Shown here: in pieces, positions 1-7,795 of the stretch
Position numbering within the stretch: the stretch's first letter is position 1
How the letters are laid out: every line of letters starts with the position of its first letter
Assembly: GCA_038245295.1 (NCBI GenBank)
Contig: JBBRSP010000026.1
Location: 1 to 64,000 of the forward strand
Direction of reading: 5' to 3'
Length of the DNA: 64,000 bases
Source of the DNA: Candidatus Binatia bacterium
GTDB taxonomy: Bacteria > Desulfobacterota > Binatia > HRBIN30
Position numbers and translations under genes: made by a program
Notes under the pieces: generated by a model
What the model was told of the DNA's origin: nothing
The model's input: the letters and a program-made list of their open reading frames with translations, nothing else
Database searches by the model: none

Positions 1-147
1 AACTAAAGTGGAGCAACGTCATCCCGGTGAACACCGGGATCTCCCCCTGGTGGAAGCCTCGAAAGCCGGCGAGATACCGGCTTTCGCCGGTATGACGGAT
101 AGGTCTGCTCGGTTTCAAATATGCTTTCCGAGTAAATCGACACACTC
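1..147 (+). mobile_element. Hairpin-targeting MITE, copy A (5' end cut by the window edge)
   Basis: Colinear without gaps with 9346-9492. Contains the inverted CGTC-REP pair at 17-43 and 71-97 and ends in TCGACACACTC (137-147), matching the right terminal repeat TCGACAGTCTC. Confidence 0.75.
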
Positions 148-200
148 GAAAGCCGGGATCTCCTCGAGTGGAGGGCCAGAAATGCTGGGGAGATACCGCC
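148..200 (+). repeat. Internal fragment of a host MITE copy, interrupted on both sides
   Basis: GAAAGCCGGGATCTCCTCGAGTGGAGGGCCAGAAATGCTGGGGAGATACCG matches the middle of copies B and C. It begins at the GAAA loop of hairpin 1 and stops just before the loop of hairpin 2. Confidence 0.75.
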
Positions 201-370
201 CATACTGTCGATAAACTGAAATGAAGCAACGTCATCCCGGCGAAAGCCGGGATCTCCTCGAGTGGAAGGCCACAAATGCTGGGGAGATATCGGCTTTCGC
301 AGGTATGACGGGGATCCGCCGGGGTGACGGCACCTCCACAAACTCTGCTCCAACGAGAATCGACAGTCTC
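201..370 (+). mobile_element. Hairpin-targeting MITE, copy B
   Basis: Ends are CATACTGTCGA and TCGACAGTCTC. 205-310 matches 9337-9442 at 102/106 nt; the 3' 60 nt differ. Confidence 0.8.
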
Positions 371-387
371 GTGCGCCGGTGCGTGTC

Positions 388-942
388 TCACAGGGCGTTG
401 TAATGGATCGCCAGGATCTCCAGTTCCTCGTCGCCGCGCGGTGTCCGCAGGGTGACGACATCACCCACTGAAGCTTTAAAGAGCGCTGTCGCCATCGGCG
501 AGATCCAGGAGACGCGACCCTGGCGTGTATCAATCTCGTCGACACCGACGATACTTACGGTTCGTTCGTCGCCGTTTTCGTCGGCGAAGGTTACGGTCGC
601 GCCGAAATAGACCCGCTCGTGCTTCTTCCCGGCATTGTCGACGACGACCGCGCTGTCGATCCGTTGGTTCAAGAAGCGGATGCGGCGATCGATCTCGCGC
701 AGCTTACGTTTGCCGTAGATGTAGTCGCCGTTCTCCGAGCGATCACCGTTGCTGGCCGCCCACGCGATCGTCTCGACGAGCTTCGGGCGATCCACTTTCC
801 AGATCTGCGCAAGCTCGTCGTTGAGACGCTGATAGCCGCTGGGTGTGATGTAGTTCTTGAAGTCGGCCGGCACAGCGACGGCCGCACCAACGTCGCTGTC
901 TTCGTCGTCGCCGTCAGGTTCCTTGGTAAATGCTTTGCTCAT
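388..942 (-). CDS. greB: Transcription elongation factor GreB
   Basis: NYITPSGY, WAASNGDRSENGDYIYGKRKLREIDRRIRFL and ISPMA motifs; the MSKAFTKE N-terminus is typical of GreB. Confidence 0.95.
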   Translation of the reverse strand: MSKAFTKEPDGDDEDSDVGAAVAVPADFKNYITPSGYQRLNDELAQIWKVDRPKLVETIAWAASNGDRSENGDYIYGKRKLREIDRRIRFLNQRIDSAVVVDNAGKKHERVYFGATVTFADENGDERTVSIVGVDEIDTRQGRVSWISPMATALFKASVGDVVTLRTPRGDEELEILAIHYNAL

Positions 943-1007
943 GGATGGGTCGCCTGAGGCATCCAGTGTCTAACACCAGTCCGCCTCCACCTCTACTCAT
1001 CGCCGCG

Positions 1008-1156
1008 CGGGTTTGCACGGCAATTTGGATTGGAGCGCACCGCAGGCTGAAGCCTGCGCCTACGATGCTGATTACACCGGTGAATTGAAACCGGTAGGCG
1101 CAGGCTTCAGCCTGCGGAGTGCTGAGCGGTTGATCGTCGAATTTACCTGGAAGCTT
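1008..1156. repeat. GTAG-type REP doublet (REPIN-like) with conserved flanks
   Basis: CCGCAGGCTGAAGCCTGCGCCTAC (1040-1063) and its inverse GTAGGCGCAGGCTTCAGCCTGCGG (1094-1117). The flank at 1008-1039 resembles the reverse complement of 58445-58479. Confidence 0.8.
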
Positions 1157-1157
1157 T

Positions 1158-1210
1158 CTCACCCGACCCTCTCCCACGCTGCGAGATTCCGCTCGAGGTG
1201 AGAGAGGGGG
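1158..1210. repeat. CCCTCTCCC...GAGAGGG-type palindromic element
   Basis: CTCACCCGACCCTCTCCCAC...GTGAGAGAGGGG stem-loop just downstream of the DUF4142 ORF; may also act as a terminator. Confidence 0.5.
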
Positions 1211-1225
1211 CGCCGGCCGACCATG

Positions 1226-1663
1226 TCAACGGCGCGACTGGGTTGCGGCGATACTCAACTGGGCTTGCAGCTCCTCGGCCGTATCCTGGTGCTGTTTCAG
1301 GGCGGGAACGGCTTTCTCCGCAAAGTAGCGTAGATCGTGATCGAGGGACTTCTGCTGCGCCGCGCGCTCGAAGAAGTCGACGGCGCGGCGGTGCTCCAAG
1401 ACCATGCGCTCGATGTAGGCGCGGTCGAAGTCGCTGCCCGATTCGGCGAGAACACGTTCAGCGCCTTTCTTCTGCTCCGCGTCAACCGCCGTGGCGACGG
1501 GCAACCGCTTGTCGCGCGCCAACGTCGCGAGACGATCGTTCATACTCTTGTGATCGTCGACTATCCTTTGCGCAAAGCCGCGCACATCACCCGAAACCGC
1601 CTTGCTCGCGGCGATACGGCTGAGTTCGACGTCGGCGATCGCGGCGGCCGTAGCGTTGCGCAT
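1226..1663 (-). CDS. DUF4142 (ferritin-like fold) protein, probably 5'-truncated
   Basis: ADVELSRIA..VRGFAQRIVDDH..FDRAYIERMVLEH..LRYFAEKAVPALKQH pattern. The usual signal peptide is missing, and upstream sequence codes on the opposite strand. Confidence 0.7.
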   Translation of the reverse strand: MRNATAAAIADVELSRIAASKAVSGDVRGFAQRIVDDHKSMNDRLATLARDKRLPVATAVDAEQKKGAERVLAESGSDFDRAYIERMVLEHRRAVDFFERAAQQKSLDHDLRYFAEKAVPALKQHQDTAEELQAQLSIAATQSRR

Positions 1664-1679
1664 AAATGCCCCCGAGGCG

Positions 1680-2021
1680 GTGAATGCTGCTCGCTGTTTG
1701 TCGCAAACCAGCAAGGAGACCGCCGACAAGGCCGAGGCGGTGGCGCTGCAGGTCGACACCGCACAGGCCGAGCTCGAGTCGCACAACATCGCCGTCGATG
1801 TGGCGCGGCAGATGCGTGATCCGCTCGAGCACCCCTGGGACACCGCCTACGCGATCCTGCGCACAGCCACACGCGCCGTCGCCAAGGGCGAAACACCAGG
1901 CCTCGACCATGCCCTCTTCGGTGGCACACGTGCGCCGAAGCGGGTCAGCGTGACAACCCGGTCGGCAAAAGCACCAGCCCCGCCGCCCGAGCCCGCCACA
2001 CCCAGCGCGCCATCGACGTAA
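1680..2021 (+). CDS. Hypothetical protein (helical, Pro-rich tail), possibly a 3' gene fragment
   Basis: Strong GC3 codon bias from about 1710 to 2021; no convincing start codon or RBS. Confidence 0.5.
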   Translation: MNAARCLSQTSKETADKAEAVALQVDTAQAELESHNIAVDVARQMRDPLEHPWDTAYAILRTATRAVAKGETPGLDHALFGGTRAPKRVSVTTRSAKAPAPPPEPATPSAPST

Positions 2022-2057
2022 TCACGGGATAAAGATCCCCACCGACGACGGCAGGAA

Positions 2058-2089
2058 AGACGCCGCCCAGGATATCCTGGGCGGCGTCT
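2058..2089. terminator. Perfect 32-bp palindrome, likely terminator between convergent genes
   Basis: AGACGCCGCCCAGGAT|ATCCTGGGCGGCGTCT; only a short T-run on the minus strand. Confidence 0.55.
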
Positions 2090-2261
2090 GTGCTTGTGCA
2101 GTCGCGGCCGGCTTTGCACGCAAATTCGAGAATGCCCTTCGAGACGGCCACTGAGAAGACGCGGCCTCCTCAGTGCGAACGGACATTATGCATAGAACTC
2201 AACAATGTACCCGTTCGGCCTGAGTGGCGAGGATGCTGGTATTCGCCGCTGAGCTGCGCCG

Positions 2262-3983
2262 TCAGCCGGGGATGGGAAGATCGGTGCGTTTGGCGAGTTC
2301 ATCCGCCGGGATCGCCGGCGGGCGTGTGGCTCGATCGTATTGGCGCTCGCTCTCCGGCTTGGGCAGCTCGCGCGCCAGCGCCGTGAGGCGTGTTTGGAAT
2401 GCCGCCAGGGTCCACTGGCCAAAGATGGTGTGGCCGCCTTCGTAGGACTGCTCCTGGTACTCCTCGTTGGTGGTTACGTAGCCCATGTAATCGTTGCTGT
2501 AGGTGCAGATGAGCACTCGGCCAATTCCGTGCGGCTGCAGCATGTCGCCGAGCGACTGGATCAGGCGCGCGCCGGCTGTGGTGGTGAATTCGCCCGGGCA
2601 GCAGACGATCGCCAACGTGCCGATCCGGACGATCTGCAGCGGCAGTACGGTTGGTACCAGCGGACTATCCTTGATCGCGCCGACGCGTGCCTGACGTTTC
2701 ATCTCGGCGATCGTCGGGTCGACGAAGCCGGGCAGGGCGAGCTTGGCCAAGGGTTGGCCGAGAATCGTCTTACGCCCCGCCTCGAGCAGAATCGGCTTTG
2801 CGCCTTGAGCGGCATAGATGCGGCGATAGTAGTCCTGGTCTTGCTTCGGCATTTGCGCGAGACCGGCCAGTCGACGCTTCTTGAGGAAGCCGGCAATCAC
2901 CCGCGCCAACGTGCCGAGAAATGGAGGCATGCCGCGACCGTCCACCGGTGTGCCCGTGAAGAAGCTGACACCATGGCAAGGTTCGCTGGTGTGGGCGTCC
3001 GTGTTGCCGTTGGCAAAACGTGGCTCGGCGTCGACGGTCGTGAAATCAACGTAGCTAAAGATCGCATCGAGCCCTCCGTCGATCGACTCGCCGGCCTGTT
3101 CTTCCAACATGCTTAGGGCACGAAGGCTCTGCGTCTCGCCGTTCTGCTTGGCGTATTCGTATTCCAGGTTTCCCTTGATCTTCTTGCGGCGCTCCCAATC
3201 TCCCGGCCCGTGATAGTGCGGCGAAATGTCGCCCGCGGTGGCCTGGGCGAAAATCGCCACGGGCTCGTTCGCCCCGGCATCGCGCAACCTCTGCTCCGCG
3301 TGCACCGCCGCGTAGCCCTTGTTGTCGGCGTCGTACTTGTCGAGCGAATTGCCGATGCAGGTTGCGTGTACCCCGAACAGCGAAATCAGCGCCTGCACCT
3401 TGCCGTCGCGATGAAAGCCGAGAACATGCATGGTCCGATTCAACGCCAGATGCCGCTCGGTGTCGCTGCGCTTGGTGACATCGGGGTTGCGATTGTAGGC
3501 GGGCAGGGAGCGGTTCCAGGCCACCGCAGCCTGATCGTCGAACGCCGCCTGGTAGAGCTTCAACTGCGTCGGCGCGGCGCTACGCCAGGCGCTGACAACA
3601 GCCTCGGTAACGGCGGCCACCACAGCGTTCAGATGTGGCGTGACGAAACCCGGCGTGACGATGTTGTACAGGGCTTCATGGGAACAGCCGCCGGGACCGG
3701 AGTGTGTATGTGTGCAGGTGAGCACGAGCGCGGCCTCGTCGAACTCGTTGCCGAGTCGTTGCCGCAGGGAGGCGCAGACGGCGGCCCGGGCGGCATGACT
3801 GATCGACCCGAGATCGGTACAACAGAAGATGAGTCGACGCACACGGTCGCCAACCACAAACGCGCGCGCGAACAGCGCGGTCTGCTTGCCGCGGGCCCGA
3901 TGTTGCCAGAGACCGTAGCCAAACATCGCGTACCCACGCGGCTCGACCGCAATCTCCGCCTTACCCCATCCCGCTTGATGCAT
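2262..3983 (-). CDS. Neutral/alkaline ceramidase family protein
   Basis: THTHSGPGG, FGVHATC, DNKGYA, GDISP, PGEFTT and YEGGHTIFG motifs. Start set at ATG 3983; no signal peptide. Confidence 0.9.
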   Translation of the reverse strand: MHQAGWGKAEIAVEPRGYAMFGYGLWQHRARGKQTALFARAFVVGDRVRRLIFCCTDLGSISHAARAAVCASLRQRLGNEFDEAALVLTCTHTHSGPGGCSHEALYNIVTPGFVTPHLNAVVAAVTEAVVSAWRSAAPTQLKLYQAAFDDQAAVAWNRSLPAYNRNPDVTKRSDTERHLALNRTMHVLGFHRDGKVQALISLFGVHATCIGNSLDKYDADNKGYAAVHAEQRLRDAGANEPVAIFAQATAGDISPHYHGPGDWERRKKIKGNLEYEYAKQNGETQSLRALSMLEEQAGESIDGGLDAIFSYVDFTTVDAEPRFANGNTDAHTSEPCHGVSFFTGTPVDGRGMPPFLGTLARVIAGFLKKRRLAGLAQMPKQDQDYYRRIYAAQGAKPILLEAGRKTILGQPLAKLALPGFVDPTIAEMKRQARVGAIKDSPLVPTVLPLQIVRIGTLAIVCCPGEFTTTAGARLIQSLGDMLQPHGIGRVLICTYSNDYMGYVTTNEEYQEQSYEGGHTIFGQWTLAAFQTRLTALARELPKPESERQYDRATRPPAIPADELAKRTDLPIPG

Positions 3984-4064
3984 AGTTCGAAACCTCCGCT
4001 CGCGGCGGCCCTTAGCGCGTTTCACCGCGGGGCTGAAGTGACAGCGCCTGGACGTAGGCCTCGT

Positions 4065-5357
4065 CTAGCGGGAGATGACAACCTCGATCGGTGCGAAGCC
4101 GACATCGATGGCTTGCGGGACGGCGCGCTCGCCCGTGTGGGCGTGGAATGGTTGCACTCCCGTGTGGCAGGTTGGAAAACGGTCGGGGTTACAGGGATCA
4201 GGGAAGAACAGCAGGTCTTCTTGGCGATCCAGGGCCAGATCGTCCACGTGTTCGCTGGCAAACGTGTTGTAGGTCTCACTCGTCGCGCCGCCGATGATGT
4301 TGAGATGCGAGGACGGGGCTGGTCCAGTGGTCGTATGAGTGATCAGCCAGAACACCCCCTGTTCGACATATTCGAACCCGCCGACCTCAGCACCTGTGTC
4401 GATCGGTAGCTCGCTCGCGGTGAAAGTCGCGAGGTCCACTTGTTCGTACGAGCCGCCACCCTTCATCAACAGGTCCGGCTCGGCGATGTGCAGAATGCCG
4501 CGGCGACAGTCCACCGGCATGTCGAAGTTCGGCTTGCCCGCCAGAACAATTGCCTGCGTCCCGGGAGTCTGCGGGTCGGTATCGACAACCCGCTCGCTGC
4601 CGCTGCGATCCAGATCGATGACAGCAATCGCCGACTTCAAGGGAGATGCCTCGCCGCTATCGTGATCGACCCGCAGGAGCTGAACAAAGATGCGGCGACC
4701 GCAGGTGGCCATACGCAAAGCTTCGGGTAGGCCGTCCTCGTCCGCGACGGCCGTCAGATCGATCGCTGTGCGTGTGGCATGGTCGATATCGATCTCCAGC
4801 AAGTCGGCGCTGCCATACTGGCTCACGATCACGGTGTGATCGTCGACGAAGGCGACGTCACGCGGGTCTGACTTGCGCTCCAGCTGGATCGAGTCGGCGA
4901 ATGACAGGGTGGTACTGTCGACGACGGAGATAACATCAGTGGCGGGGCGAACGACAAGGCAGCGACCGGCTCGGCATCGGGCGCTCGCGATGGTGTCCTT
5001 CAGATCTGCCGTGGCGCGCACGGTCCACGGCGCGGCTACATCCAAAGACGCGATCGCACCCTCACGGCTCAAGGCGAGGAGCCTCGGCTCAACCGCCGGG
5101 CAACCAACCAGAGCGGCGTTCACCGCGCTGACGATCTCGTCGATGGTAACGTCGCGGTCTTGATTGGCATCAATCGGCGTACACGTCTCGACGGTGGCGC
5201 TGCCGAGCGCGATGTTGACCCCGACAATCAGCTCGTCGACGGTCACTTCGCCATCGGCGCTGCAGTCACCGACACACACCGCAGCACCAACGGACAGCGG
5301 CCGGCACAGTCCGACGGCCAGAACCATCACAGCGGCAGAGATTCGCAACAACGTCAT
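4065..5357 (-). CDS. Secreted protein: N-terminal four-Cys dockerin-like module plus beta-propeller-like domain
   Basis: Signal peptide, then CVGDCSADGEVTVDEL...DANQDRDVTIDEI...GC, then beta-rich repeats (SDPRDVAFV, DVGFAPIEV). Confidence 0.75.
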   Translation of the reverse strand: MTLLRISAAVMVLAVGLCRPLSVGAAVCVGDCSADGEVTVDELIVGVNIALGSATVETCTPIDANQDRDVTIDEIVSAVNAALVGCPAVEPRLLALSREGAIASLDVAAPWTVRATADLKDTIASARCRAGRCLVVRPATDVISVVDSTTLSFADSIQLERKSDPRDVAFVDDHTVIVSQYGSADLLEIDIDHATRTAIDLTAVADEDGLPEALRMATCGRRIFVQLLRVDHDSGEASPLKSAIAVIDLDRSGSERVVDTDPQTPGTQAIVLAGKPNFDMPVDCRRGILHIAEPDLLMKGGGSYEQVDLATFTASELPIDTGAEVGGFEYVEQGVFWLITHTTTGPAPSSHLNIIGGATSETYNTFASEHVDDLALDRQEDLLFFPDPCNPDRFPTCHTGVQPFHAHTGERAVPQAIDVGFAPIEVVISR

Positions 5358-5438
5358 CTGATCCTCGCTACTTCAGTTCTAGAGCGGACTGCGTCGGTAA
5401 CGGTCCAGGCGGCCGGAGCCCCTCTGGTGTGACGATGC

Positions 5439-6095
5439 TCAAGGTTCGAAGGTGGCCATCTGGTCGGCCAGCGCCTTGACGAACGCCGGACGGGCTTCAC
5501 AGCGTTCCTTGTAGGCGACCAGTTGAGGCTGTTCCTCGAGCAGGTCGGTGTGGCGCAGAATGCGCAGCACGGAAGTCATAAGAATATCCGCGGCGGAAAA
5601 GGATCCCACGAGATGTTGGCGGCCATTCAGCGCACCCGCCAATTGCGCCAGGCGCCGGCGCGTAGCTTCGACCACGATCGGCCGGCGCTCCTTGGCCCAA
5701 GCCTCGTTGGGATAAAACAGATCGATCTCGGCCAGCAGCTGAATCGGGATCTCGAGGGTGTTGAGCGCGGCGAACATCCACTGCGTAACGTGGGCACGAG
5801 CCGTCGCATCTTTCGGCAACAGTGTGTCGCTGCGCTCGGCGATGTGCAGAACGATCGCTCCAGATTCGAATAGGGTGATGTCGCCGTCCTCGATCGCCGG
5901 CACCTGACCGAAGGGTTGGATGGCGCCATAGTCGGACGGTGAAATGCCATCGTCACGGCCGATCAGCGTGACGCGATAGGGAAGTCCCGCCTCTTCGAGA
6001 GCCCAGCGCACGCGTAGATCGCGCACCAACCCTTGCGCGAATGGCGGGACGAAGCCGAATGCGTAGCAAGTGATCTCACCAGTATTTCGCTTCAT
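5439..6095 (-). CDS. Glutathione S-transferase family protein
   Basis: RVRWALEEAGLPY, QPFGQVP, LFESGAI and FSAADI motifs; RBS AAGGAGG. Confidence 0.95.
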   Translation of the reverse strand: MKRNTGEITCYAFGFVPPFAQGLVRDLRVRWALEEAGLPYRVTLIGRDDGISPSDYGAIQPFGQVPAIEDGDITLFESGAIVLHIAERSDTLLPKDATARAHVTQWMFAALNTLEIPIQLLAEIDLFYPNEAWAKERRPIVVEATRRRLAQLAGALNGRQHLVGSFSAADILMTSVLRILRHTDLLEEQPQLVAYKERCEARPAFVKALADQMATFEP

Positions 6096-6198
6096 CAGTG
6101 CCTCCTTCTGCGGTGTAGACGCACCGGGGCGCGTGAGATCGACATCCAGGGCTGATCAATTCCGGACCGAGCGGCGCAGCTCACCGCAGGCTGAAGGA

Positions 6199-7791
6199 TC
6201 ATCCGGCGACGCGGGCTTCGGCCAGTTTGCGCAACGTTGGTTTCTCGATCTTACCCGAGCCGGTACGTGGCACGTCTTCTTCCCCGATATAGAGGAAATG
6301 CTTCGGAACTTTGTAACTCGCGAGGTTCTGTTTGCAGAACTCCAGCAATTCTTCCGAGCTCGCCGTCGTACCGTCACGTGCAACGATGAGCGCCGCGATG
6401 TTCTCGCCGCGCACGGCGTGGCTGACGCCCACGACATAAACCGCCTTGACGCTCGGGTGGCGTGCCAGGGCTTCTTCGACCTCGACGGCGGCGACGTTGA
6501 CGCCCGCGGTCTTGATCACGTCTTTCAGGCGCGCGGCAAAGTGCAGGTATCCCTTGTCGTCGAGATAGCCGAGGTCGCCGGTTTTGAAGAACCCGTCGGC
6601 ATCGAAGGTCTGGGCGCGCGGCACCTTATAGTAGCCTTCCATCAGCGTCGGGCCTTTGACGTGGATCTCGCCGATCTCGCCGGCAGGCATCGTCTCACGC
6701 GTCTCGGGATTTACGATGCGAACCACCATTCCATCGAGCGGGCGGCCGAAGGTCTCGCAGCGTGTCGCCTCGTCGTCGTCCCAGCGGGCGCAAGCGACGC
6801 AGGTAGCGGTCTCACTCATGCCGTACATGCCGACAGCCTGGTGTGTCGGGCCGAGCAGCCGCGAGGCGAGCGGATGATAGGAGCCCTTCCTGAGATGAAT
6901 GCGACGCGCGCCGAAGTCTGGGTGGTCGAGCAGCGGCCCCGCCTGATGCCAGCCGGCCATCAAGGTGCAGTGCTCGCGACCGAGAAGTTTCAGCGCGCTT
7001 CCGGCATCGACCGTTTCGTGCAACACGGCTCGGCCCCCTCCCGCCAGCGTCGTCAGGGCGCCGAGGATGAAACCGCCGCTCCAGAAGAGGGGCATATGCC
7101 CCCACCAGGCGTCGTCGGGTGTGATGCCGAGACACGGGGCGATGCGCCGACCGGAAGCGACGAGGGCGGCGTGTGAATGAACGACGGCTTTGGCTTGCGC
7201 CGTGGTCCCGGAGGTGAAGAAGATGGTTGCCCAATCACTCGGGGAAACATTGGCGCTCAAAGCATCGAGAAAGGAATCGTCGCCGACCTCAGGCAGTTCG
7301 TCCCACGTTTCCAACCCTGGCTCGCGGCCGTTCAACACGACCACCCGCCGCAGGTACGGCGCTGCTTCGGAGTACATCGTGCCCGGGGCAGCGGTCGCCA
7401 ACTCGGGGACGATGCTCTTCAGGGTCGACAGGTAGTCGTGTTTCAGAAAGCCGGGCAGGGTGAGAAGGGTTTCTACATCCCCGTGGCGCAAACCATAGGC
7501 GATCTCCTCGCGCTTCCAGAGTGTCGAGAACGGGACAAGGACGGCACCCAGGCGTAGCGCCCCGAAGGCGATCGGTAGCCATTCGATGCGGTTGGAACAG
7601 AGGAAGCCGAAACGTGTGCCCTTGCCGACGCCGAGTCCGAGCAAGCGCTTGGCGGCGCGCCGGCTCGCCCGGCGTAGCTCCTCGCGGCTGAGGCGCTGTG
7701 TCACCTCGTCGCGGGGCGCGTAGGCCACCGCCTCGCGAGATGGGTCGTCTGCTGTGACCGAATCGAGGAAGGCGCCGAGTGTTTCGCTCAT
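6199..7791 (-). CDS. Acyl-CoA synthetase (AMP-forming)
   Basis: FFTSGTT, YGMSET, FKTGDLG and PRTGSGKI adenylation motifs. Confidence 0.92.
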   Translation of the reverse strand: MSETLGAFLDSVTADDPSREAVAYAPRDEVTQRLSREELRRASRRAAKRLLGLGVGKGTRFGFLCSNRIEWLPIAFGALRLGAVLVPFSTLWKREEIAYGLRHGDVETLLTLPGFLKHDYLSTLKSIVPELATAAPGTMYSEAAPYLRRVVVLNGREPGLETWDELPEVGDDSFLDALSANVSPSDWATIFFTSGTTAQAKAVVHSHAALVASGRRIAPCLGITPDDAWWGHMPLFWSGGFILGALTTLAGGGRAVLHETVDAGSALKLLGREHCTLMAGWHQAGPLLDHPDFGARRIHLRKGSYHPLASRLLGPTHQAVGMYGMSETATCVACARWDDDEATRCETFGRPLDGMVVRIVNPETRETMPAGEIGEIHVKGPTLMEGYYKVPRAQTFDADGFFKTGDLGYLDDKGYLHFAARLKDVIKTAGVNVAAVEVEEALARHPSVKAVYVVGVSHAVRGENIAALIVARDGTTASSEELLEFCKQNLASYKVPKHFLYIGEEDVPRTGSGKIEKPTLRKLAEARVAG

Positions 7792-7795
7792 GGTC

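Noticed and set aside
3..545. ORFs 3..545, 8..214, 221..403 and 9353..9682 with recurring 'RHPGE..D' and 'EIPAFAGMT' peptides
   Set aside because: These are translations of the CGTC-REP/MITE repeats, not a protein family.
2146..2220. Possible hammerhead ribozyme (CTGA...CGAA)
   Set aside because: The core reads CTGAGAA rather than CTGAnGA, there is no GAAA, and the CTGAG is sequestered in a stem.
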